This document shows, piece after piece, positions 1 through 9,600 of a stretch of DNA of 64,000 nt; positions within the stretch are counted from its first letter, which is position 1, and each line of letters opens with the position of its first letter. The DNA lies in the NCBI GenBank assembly GCA_963701665.1, contig OY969622.1:832001-896000 (forward strand). The letters are read 5' to 3'. Position numbers and translations under genes: made by a program. The DNA comes from Candidatus Babeliales bacterium. Its GTDB lineage: Bacteria > Babelota > Babeliae > Babelales > JANWKD01. The notes under the pieces are model-generated. The model ran no database searches. It was given only the letters and a program-made list of their open reading frames with translations, and had not been told where the DNA came from.

Positions 1-1865
1 TTTTAGCTGCTGGATTCAATGGAACTTTCAGCGTTATCGCAAACATTAATGCTCAAGCAAATGCTACTTTTACTGCCTTAGCAGATTTAAAAATTACTAT
101 CACCAATGATTTTGCTGCAACATGGACAATTTTGGCTGCCGGTTTCAATGGAACTTTCTCTGCACTCAATGCCTGCTGCACGAATATAAATTCCGAATTC
201 CAACAAACATGGACGATCTTAGCCGCCGGATTTAATGGCACCTTCAGCTCACTCCCTGCTTTTATGAGCGATTTTAACGCAACATGGACTATTTTAAATG
301 CTGGTTTCAATGGCACATTCTCTGCTCTCAATGCTTGTTGCACGAATATAAATTCTGAATTCCAGCAAACATGGACTATCCTAGGTGCCGGCTTCAATGG
401 AACTTTCAGCACATTCGCCACTATTATTTCAGATTTTAATGATACATGGTCTACTCTAGCAGCAGGCTTTAACGGAACAGCCTCGGCACTCAACGCCTGT
501 TGTACCAACATTACTTCCGAATTTCAACAAACATGGACAATTTTAAATGTCTCAACTGAAAACCTTTCAAATCCAGTTATGATTACACAAGCAAATTTTG
601 GAGCAACAGGTGGAACACAATACGTCATTTCAACATCTGGTGTCTATAGGTTGGGTAGTAACATTGTCTTTACACCAGCTACAGCAATACCCGCTATTCT
701 TATTACAACAACCAATGTCGTTCTTGATTTACAACTCTTCACCTTAAGCCAGGGAAATAGTACCACGGGTGTGAATGCTATCCAAGTTAGTTCTGGTATG
801 GCCAGTGTGTATATTCAAAATGGCATGATAGAAAATTTCACGCGAGCGGCAATATCATTCCAAGGAAATAATCAAGGAGTGGGAATTGATAATACCACCA
901 CCCTATCATGTGCCGTGCGCGGTATCGAGTTCATTGCATCAGGAACTAGCCAAAACATTACCATTCAAAATTGCAAAGTATACAATTGCTCAACATCAGC
1001 GAGCGCTGATAATGCAATGATCTTACAAGCATGTAAAAAGGGAATAATAAAGAATTGTGCCTTGAACGGAAATGGCGTTGCTTCAAAAAACATAACGGCA
1101 CTTAATTTTAACGGCTGCATTGAATTTAATGTATCTGACATCAGTATGTATGAAAATCTTGGTTCAAGCTTCAATGGCGTACAATTAGATAGCACGTCAT
1201 CACTCAATAATTTTACTAATTGCATCATCATAAATAATCAAAGTTCAGGATCGTCCGGAACATGCGCAGGAATTAACCTTAACGGAAGCTCCTCTAATAC
1301 TTTTAATTCTTGTATCATTAATAATAATAACGCTAGCAACAGCGGAGCATTCAATGGCATTTGGCTTCAAGGTTCTGCCCCAAATAATAATACGTTTAAC
1401 TCATGTAAAGTATCTTTTAACACAGCGGCGTTGCTCTGTACTGCAATTTATGGCAACGCTGGTTCTTCTAATTCCTTTAACTTCTGCCAAACAAATGCAA
1501 ATACATCAACTTCTTCCTACGGATCAGGAATTACTATTAATTCCAACTCTAACACGCTTAACAATTGCATAGTACTCTCTAATAAAGGACCAGCCGTTCA
1601 AGGCTTTGGTATCACTACGACAGGAAATGATTGTGTGGTTAAGGATTGTCTGAGTGCATTTAACCTAGGATCCAGTGGCGGCAATGGCTTTGGGTTTAAT
1701 AATACCAGCAATGCAATTCTCTATTATAGGAATGTTGCTTATGATAATCCGGGTACGCAAGCTTTTGGTATAGCAGCTGGATCTTTAACGACGCCAACAG
1801 CACCAGCATCACAACACTTGGCAACCGTCACATCACCTTGGACTAATTTAGCACTCGCTGCTTAA
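1..1865 (+). CDS. Large repetitive fibre/adhesin-like protein 1 (5'-truncated by the window): CC-containing stalk repeats plus C-terminal right-handed beta-helix domain
   Basis: Frame is open from position 3 (LAAGFNGTFS...). Same repeats as the next two genes, then ISTSGVYRLGSNI and Asn/Cys/Gly-rich beta-helix-like turns; ends PWTNLALAA. Confidence 0.85.
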   Translation, partial: LAAGFNGTFSVIANINAQANATFTALADLKITITNDFAATWTILAAGFNGTFSALNACCTNINSEFQQTWTILAAGFNGTFSSLPAFMSDFNATWTILNAGFNGTFSALNACCTNINSEFQQTWTILGAGFNGTFSTFATIISDFNDTWSTLAAGFNGTASALNACCTNITSEFQQTWTILNVSTENLSNPVMITQANFGATGGTQYVISTSGVYRLGSNIVFTPATAIPAILITTTNVVLDLQLFTLSQGNSTTGVNAIQVSSGMASVYIQNGMIENFTRAAISFQGNNQGVGIDNTTTLSCAVRGIEFIASGTSQNITIQNCKVYNCSTSASADNAMILQACKKGIIKNCALNGNGVASKNITALNFNGCIEFNVSDISMYENLGSSFNGVQLDSTSSLNNFTNCIIINNQSSGSSGTCAGINLNGSSSNTFNSCIINNNNASNSGAFNGIWLQGSAPNNNTFNSCKVSFNTAALLCTAIYGNAGSSNSFNFCQTNANTSTSSYGSGITINSNSNTLNNCIVLSNKGPAVQGFGITTTGNDCVVKDCLSAFNLGSSGGNGFGFNNTSNAILYYRNVAYDNPGTQAFGIAAGSLTTPTAPASQHLATVTSPWTNLALAA

Positions 1866-1922
1866 AAGGAGATAAACACCATGGAACGTATTCCTCTTTT
1901 TAACATATAGAAAAGGAACTTA

Positions 1923-4900
1923 ATGAAGCAATCCCTCGTTTTCTATACTATTGTATTGAGCATTCTGTTTTGCACTTCAGCAATCTCAGGTTCAATAGAT
2001 ATGCTACATCAGCCACGCTTTACTCCTGATATTGTCATCGACACAGCATGTAAAAAGTTTATTCAAGATATAATTGAAGAAGCGCTCACTGAAAATATGT
2101 ATGAACAACTTTCTGAGGGATTATTAACATGTTACGCAACGATTCAATGCGAACCCGAATGTTGCACATTGCCGCTTAATGATCTCATAGACGCTTTCCC
2201 AGAATTAGTAGCGAAATTAGAAGATAAGCTTAAAGCACCTCGCCCACAAGGCGGTCATGCTATTGTTGGCAGCAGTACCATAGATTTTGAATCTATTATA
2301 GCCTTCTTATTACGCTTAGAATTTCTCATCAATCAAATAAGTCAACAACAAACATTTTGCTGTAACCAAATACTCGCTGATTTTCAACAAACATGGACAA
2401 TTCTTGCCAATCTCTCAATTACTACTACAGTAGATCTTTCTCCTGTGTTTACCACACTCGATGCATGTTGTTCTAATATAACCTCGGAATTCCAGCAAAC
2501 ATGGACAATTCTTGCCAATCTTTCAATTACTGCTACGGCGGATCTTGCTCCTGTGTTTACCTCACTCGATGCATGTTGCTCTAACATAACCTCGGAGTTC
2601 CAGCAAACATGGACCATACTAGCCAATCTCTCAGTTACTGCCACGGCTGATCTTTCTTCCGTATTCACTGCACTTAATGCGTGCTGCTCAAACATAAATT
2701 CTGAATTTCAACAAACATGGACTATCTTAGCTGCTGGGTTTAATGGTACCTTCTCTGCTATCAATAGTTTCAATACCACTATTACTGCAGATTTTTCATC
2801 AACGTGGACTATTTTAAATGCTGGATTTAATGGAACCTTCAGCGCACTCAATACCTGCTGCACAAATATAAACTCGGAATTCCAACAAACATGGACTATC
2901 TTAGCTGCTGGTTTTAATGGTACATTCTCTGCGATTAATGCCATCACTATCGATACAAATGGTACTTTAACCGCAATTGTTGATTTAACAACTACTATCA
3001 CTAATGACTTTGCTGCAACATGGACTATTTTAAATGCCGGATTTAATGGAACTTTCTCTACGCTCAATACCTGCTGCACGAATATAAACTCGGAATTCCA
3101 ACAAACATGGACTATCTTAGCTGCTGGTTTTAATGGTACATTCTCTGCAATTAATGCCATCACTATCGATACAAATGGTACTTTAACCGCAATTGCTGAT
3201 TTAACAACTACTATCACTAATGACTTTGCTGCAACGTGGACAATTTTAAATGCCGGATTCAATGGAACCTTCAGCGTACTCAATGCTTGTTGCGCGAATA
3301 TAAATTCTGAGTTTCAACAGACGTGGACTATTTTAGCTGCTGATTTTAATGGTACATTCTCTGCAATTAATGCCATCACTATCGATACAAATAGTACTTT
3401 AACCGCAATTGCTGATTTAACAACTACTATCACTAATGACTTTGCTGCAACGTGGACAATTTTAAACGCTGGTTTCAATGGCACATTTTCTGCTCTCAAT
3501 GCTTGTTGCACAACTATAAACTCTGAATTCCAACAAACGTGGACTATCTTAGCTGCTGATTTTAATGGTACATTCTCTGCAATTAATGCCATCACTATCG
3601 ATACAAATGGTACTTTAACCGCAATTGCTGATTTAACAACTGCTATCACCAATGACTTTGCTGCAACGTGGACAATTCTTAATGCTGGATTCAATGGCAC
3701 TTTCTCCGCTCTCAATGCTTGCTGCACAACTATAAACTCTGAGTTTCAACAGACGTGGACTATGTTAGCCGCTGATTTCAATGGCACATTCTCTGTAATT
3801 AATGCGATCACTATTGATGCAAATGGTACTTTAACCGCAATTGCAGATTTAACAACTACTATCACTAATGATTTTGCTGCAACATGGACAATTATTAATG
3901 CTGGATTTAATGGAACTTTCAGCGTACTCAATGACTGTTGCACAACTATAAATTCCGAATTTCAACAAACATGGACCATTTTAGCTGCTGATTTCAATGG
4001 CACATTCTCTGCAATTAATGCAATTAATGAGTCGAATGGCACTTTTACTGCGTTAGCAGATTTAAAAACTACCATCACGAATGACTTTGCTGCAACATGG
4101 ACGATTCTTAATGCTGGATTCAATGGCACTTTCTCTGCTCTCAATGCTTGTTGCACGAATATAAATTCTGAATTTCAACAAACGTGGACCATTTTAGCCG
4201 CTGATTTCAATGGCACATTCTCTGTAATTAATGCGATCACTATTGATGCAAATGGTACTTTAACCGCAATTGCAGATTTAACAACTACTATCACTAATGA
4301 TTTTGCTGCAACGTGGACAATTCTTAATGCTGGATTCAATGGCACATTCTCCGCGCTCAATGCTTGCTGCACCAATATAAATTCAGAATTTCAACAAACA
4401 TGGACAATTCTTAATGCTGGATTCAATGGCACATTCTCCGCAATCAATGCAATAAATACGAATGCAAATAGCACTTTCACCGCCTTAGCAGATTTAAAAA
4501 CTACTATCACCAATGATTTTGCTGCAACATGGACTCTGTTAAATACTGGATTCAATGGCACTTTTTCCGCTCTCAATGCTTGTTGCACGAATATCAATTC
4601 CGAATTCCAACAAACGTGGACTATTTTAGCTACCGGGTTCAATGGCACCTTCAGTACACTCTCAAATCTTACTACTACGGTGACCAATGACTTTGCAGCA
4701 ACGTGGACCATTTTAGCTGCTGGTTTTAATGGAACTTTCAGCACTATCGCAAACATTAATGAAGCAAATGCTACTTTTACTGCATTAGCAGATTTAACAA
4801 CTACTATCACTAATGATTTTGCTGCAACATGGACTATTTTAGCCACTGGTTTCAATGGAACGTTCTCTGCGCTCAATGCTTGTTGCACAAATATAAATTC

Positions 4901-6587
4901 TGAATTCCAACAAACATGGACTATTTTAGCTGCCGGATTTAATGGCACTTTCAGCACACTCCCAAATCTTACTGCTGACTTTGCAGCAACATGGACAATT
5001 TTAGCTGCAGGCTTTAATGGGACATTCTCGGCACTCAACGCGTGTTGTACCAACATTACTTCCGAATTCCAACAAACATGGACTATCTTAGCTGCTGGAT
5101 TCAATGGAACTTTCAGCACGCTCGCCGCTATTCTTGGTGATTTTAACGCTACATGGACTATTCTAGCTGCAGGCTTTAATGGGACATTCTCGGCACTCAA
5201 CACCTGTTGTACCAACATCACTTCTGAGTTCCAACAAACCTGGACTATTTTAAATGTCTTAACCGAAAACCTTTCAAATCCGGTTATGATTACCCAAGCA
5301 AATTTTGGTGCAACGGGAGGAACTACCTATACCATTTCAACATCGGGTGTGTATAGATTAGGGAGTAACATCGTCTTTACCCCAGCAACAGCAATACCTG
5401 CTATTCTTATTACCACGACTGATGTCGTTCTTGATTTGCAGCTTTTCAACCTCACTCAAGGAAATGCCACTACCGGTGTAAATGCCATCCAAGTTAGTTC
5501 TGGTATGGCTGACGTTTACATTAAAAATGGTTTGATAGAAAATTTCACACGCGCAGCAATATCGTTTCAGGGAAGCAATCAAAGAGTTGGCATTGATACT
5601 ACAACCACCATATCATGTGCCGTAACTGGCATTGAATTCGTTTCAACAGGAACGCCTAGTCAAAACATTACTATTCAACATTGTAATATTTATAACTGCT
5701 CAACGGCATCAGGTGCCACTTTCCCACTGAATTTACAATTATGTAAAGAAGGAAAAATAAAAAATTGTAACTTTAATAGTAATGGTACTTCATCAAACAA
5801 CATAAATGTGCTTAATTTTAGCGGCTGTGTTGAATTTATTGTGAAAGATATCAGTGTGAAAGAAAATCTTGGTTCATTTCTCAATTGTGTATCATTAGAT
5901 AGCACATCTTCCCTTAATTATTTCAATAATTGCAGCATTCTCAATAATCAAAGCAATGGTAATACCCTCGATGGATTTGTCATGAATGGCAGCAACTCTA
6001 ATATTTTCAATAATTGTATTGTAAATGGAAACCAAGGCACCTCAAATGGCTCTTTTAATGGATTCATAATGCAAAGTGGCGCATATAACAACACATTTAA
6101 TAGTTGCACAGCTTCCTATAATACTACATCAGGAAGTACAGCAACTATTGTTGCGTTTAACTTAGGGGGACCTTATAACTTCGCATTTAATTGCGTAGCA
6201 GAGTCAAATATCTGCGGGGGTAACCAATGTTATGGCTGCCTTGTCAGTACATCCACCAATATAATCGATAACTTCGTAGCAGCCAATAATATGTCTGGAG
6301 GTACTTCTGATTGTTATGGCATCAATATTAATCAAGCAGCTGCTTATAACAATGTAATAAGCAATTGTTTGTGCTCGAATAATAACAGTGCTACAAACGG
6401 CGATACTGTTGGAATAAGCAATTCAAGTTTACAATATTTATTCTATCGTAATGTTTCCTACTCGAATAATGGAACACAAATTAGCGGTATAGCTTCCCCT
6501 GGATCGTTGACAACGCCAACAGCACCAGCATCACAGAACCTAGGAACTGTGACGGGCGCTTGGACTAATTTAGCTCTTGCAAGTTAA
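1923..6587 (+). CDS. Large secreted repetitive fibre/adhesin-like protein 2 (1554 aa)
   Basis: Signal-peptide-like N-terminus, RBS AAGGA, about 16 CCxxIxxE/DFQQTWTIL units (72-aa/216-nt main period), beta-helix-like C-terminal domain ending WTNLALAS. Confidence 0.9.
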   Translation: MKQSLVFYTIVLSILFCTSAISGSIDMLHQPRFTPDIVIDTACKKFIQDIIEEALTENMYEQLSEGLLTCYATIQCEPECCTLPLNDLIDAFPELVAKLEDKLKAPRPQGGHAIVGSSTIDFESIIAFLLRLEFLINQISQQQTFCCNQILADFQQTWTILANLSITTTVDLSPVFTTLDACCSNITSEFQQTWTILANLSITATADLAPVFTSLDACCSNITSEFQQTWTILANLSVTATADLSSVFTALNACCSNINSEFQQTWTILAAGFNGTFSAINSFNTTITADFSSTWTILNAGFNGTFSALNTCCTNINSEFQQTWTILAAGFNGTFSAINAITIDTNGTLTAIVDLTTTITNDFAATWTILNAGFNGTFSTLNTCCTNINSEFQQTWTILAAGFNGTFSAINAITIDTNGTLTAIADLTTTITNDFAATWTILNAGFNGTFSVLNACCANINSEFQQTWTILAADFNGTFSAINAITIDTNSTLTAIADLTTTITNDFAATWTILNAGFNGTFSALNACCTTINSEFQQTWTILAADFNGTFSAINAITIDTNGTLTAIADLTTAITNDFAATWTILNAGFNGTFSALNACCTTINSEFQQTWTMLAADFNGTFSVINAITIDANGTLTAIADLTTTITNDFAATWTIINAGFNGTFSVLNDCCTTINSEFQQTWTILAADFNGTFSAINAINESNGTFTALADLKTTITNDFAATWTILNAGFNGTFSALNACCTNINSEFQQTWTILAADFNGTFSVINAITIDANGTLTAIADLTTTITNDFAATWTILNAGFNGTFSALNACCTNINSEFQQTWTILNAGFNGTFSAINAINTNANSTFTALADLKTTITNDFAATWTLLNTGFNGTFSALNACCTNINSEFQQTWTILATGFNGTFSTLSNLTTTVTNDFAATWTILAAGFNGTFSTIANINEANATFTALADLTTTITNDFAATWTILATGFNGTFSALNACCTNINSEFQQTWTILAAGFNGTFSTLPNLTADFAATWTILAAGFNGTFSALNACCTNITSEFQQTWTILAAGFNGTFSTLAAILGDFNATWTILAAGFNGTFSALNTCCTNITSEFQQTWTILNVLTENLSNPVMITQANFGATGGTTYTISTSGVYRLGSNIVFTPATAIPAILITTTDVVLDLQLFNLTQGNATTGVNAIQVSSGMADVYIKNGLIENFTRAAISFQGSNQRVGIDTTTTISCAVTGIEFVSTGTPSQNITIQHCNIYNCSTASGATFPLNLQLCKEGKIKNCNFNSNGTSSNNINVLNFSGCVEFIVKDISVKENLGSFLNCVSLDSTSSLNYFNNCSILNNQSNGNTLDGFVMNGSNSNIFNNCIVNGNQGTSNGSFNGFIMQSGAYNNTFNSCTASYNTTSGSTATIVAFNLGGPYNFAFNCVAESNICGGNQCYGCLVSTSTNIIDNFVAANNMSGGTSDCYGININQAAAYNNVISNCLCSNNNSATNGDTVGISNSSLQYLFYRNVSYSNNGTQISGIASPGSLTTPTAPASQNLGTVTGAWTNLALAS

Positions 6588-6600
6588 AAAGGAGATAAAT

Positions 6601-9600
6601 ATGGGGTACATCCCTCTTTTTAAAATATATAGTCGCGCCTTTATTTTTCTGATTTTATGCTCACATTATGCAACTCTACCATCAGAAAATGAAAATTTTC
6701 GGGCAACTACACCATGCTTGGTTGAAAATGCTTCAGCAATTCTCGATCAAGAATTTCCCATTACTGAAGCATTCAAAGTTTTCATAAAAAATAACGTTGA
6801 GAAAATACTTTTACAAAAAGAGGCTACACTTTCACCTGCATTGCAGAAATGTTATGAGATACTATGCGATAATCCGACATGCCTCTCGTTACCAACAAAA
6901 CATCTGCTTGGCGCATTTCCAGAACTGATAACAGCATTCCATACGAGCATAAAATATTCTCCACCTAACGTTGCTGCAAACAACCCACCTGAAGACGTAG
7001 AGTCTATTATTATTATATTATTGCGTTTGCAGGTTCTTTTAAATGAATTCAACCAACAACAAATTTCATGCTGCAACCAAATATTGGCTGATTTTCAACA
7101 AACGTGGACCATCCTTGCTCAGATTTCAGGTATCTCCCACGTTGATTTTTCTCCTGTCTTTACGGCACTCGATGCATGTTGCTCGAACATTACTTCAGAA
7201 TTCCAACAGACGTGGACTATTCTTTCAAGCATTACAACGCCCACGTTGACCGTTGATTTTTCTCCTGTATTCACTGCACTCGATGCATGTTGCTCGAATA
7301 TTACTTCAGAATTTCAACAGACGTGGACTATTCTTGGACACCTTTCAACAATGACGGCAGCAGTCGATTTTTCTTCTGTCTTTACAGCACTCAACGCATG
7401 CTGCTCAAACATAAATTCTGAATTCCAACAGACATGGACTATTTTAAATGCTGATTTCAATGGAACTTTCTCTTCTCTTGCTATGCCTACGATAGACTTT
7501 GCTGAAACATGGACCATTTTAAATGCCGGATTTAATGGAACCTTCTCCGCACTCAACGCATGCTGTAACAACATCAATTCTGAATTCCAACAAACATGGA
7601 CCATTTTAGCCGCCGATTTTAATGGAACTTTTACTGCACTTAGTGCAATCAGCACTGAACCTAATGGCACTTTCACGGTTATCGCAGATTTAACAACTAC
7701 TATTACTAACGACTTTGCTGCAACGTGGACAATTATTAATGCTGGATTCAATGGAACCTTCAGTGCACTCAACGCCTGCTGCATGAATATAAATTCCGAA
7801 TTCCAACAAACATGGACTATCCTAGCTGCTGATTTCAATGGTACATTCTCTGCAATCAATGCAATAAACATAGATGCAAATGGCACCTTCACCGCAATCG
7901 CAGATCTAACAACTACTATAACCAATGACTTTGCTGCAACATGGACAATTATTAACGCTGGATTCAATGGAACCTTCTCTGCCCTCAATGCTTGTTGCAC
8001 AACTATAAACTCTGAATTTCAACAAACATGGACTATCTTAGGCGCGGGTTTTAATGGAACCTTCAGCGCTATCGCAAACATTAATGCTGAAACAAACGGT
8101 ACTTTCACCGCGATAGCAGATTTAACAACTACGGTCACCAATGATTTTGCTGCAACATGGACAATTTTTAATGCTGGGTTCAATGGAACCTTCTCTGCTC
8201 TCAATGCTTGTTGCACAACTATAAACTCTGAATTTCAACAAACATGGTCAATTTTAGCTGCTGATTTCAATGGAACTTTCAGCACCATCGCAAACATTAA
8301 TGCTGAAACAAACGGTACTTTCACTGCGTTAGCAGATTTAACAACTACGGTAACCAATGACTTTGCTGCAACGTGGACAATTATTAATGCTGGATTTAAT
8401 GGCACTTTCTCTGCGCTCGATGCTTGTTGCACGAATATAAACTCTGAGTTTCAACAGACATGGACTATTCTAGCTGCTGGGTTTGATGGAACTTTCAGCG
8501 CCATCGCAAACATTAATGCCGAAACAAACGGTACTTTCACTGCGTTAGCAGATTTAACAACTACTATCACTAATGATTTTGCCGCAACATGGACAATTAT
8601 TAATGCTGGATTTAATGGAACTTTCAGCGCACTCAATGCCTGTTGCACAACTATAAATTCCGAATTTCAACAAACATGGACCATTTTAGCTGCTGATTTC
8701 AATGGTACATTCTCTGCAATTAATGCCATCACTATTGATTCAAATGGCACACTTACTGCAATCGCTGATCTAACAACTACTATAACCAATGACTTTGCTG
8801 CAACATGGACAATTCTTAATGCCGGATTCAATGGAACCTTCTCTGCGCTCAATGCTTGTTGCATAACTATAAACTCTGAATTTCAACAAACATGGACTAT
8901 TTTAGCTGCTGGGTTTAATGGCACCTTCTCCGCAATCAATGCAATAAACACAGATGTAAATAGCACTTTCACAGCAATTGCGGATTTAAAAAACACTATC
9001 ACCAATGACTTTGCTGCGACATGGACGATTCTTAATGCTGGATTCAATGGAACTTTCTCTGCGCTCAATGCTTGTTGCTCAAATATCAATTCTGAGTTTC
9101 AACAAACATGGTCAATTCTAGGGGCTGGTTTTAATGGCACATTCTCCGCAATTAATGCGATCAGCACCGAACCTAATGGCACTTTCACAGCAATTGCGGA
9201 TTTAAAAAACACTATCACCAATGACTTTGTTGCAACGTGGACCATTCTTAATGCTGGATTTAATGGAACTTTTTCTGCACTTAATGCATGTTGCACAACT
9301 ATAAATTCCGAATTTCAACAAACGTGGACTATTTTAAGTGCAGGTTTCAATGACACCTTCAGTACACTCTCAACTCTTACTACTCTTACAACTGACTTTT
9401 CTGCAACATGGACTATTTTAGCCGCCGGATTTAATGGCACCTTCTCTGCACTCAATGCCATCACTAGTGATGGAAATGGTACCTTTAGCGCAATTGCTGA
9501 CTTAAAAAATACTACTACTAATGATTTTGCAGCGACATGGACTATTTTAGCTGCTGGCTTTAATGGCACCTTCTCTGCCCTCAATGCCTGTTGCACTAAC

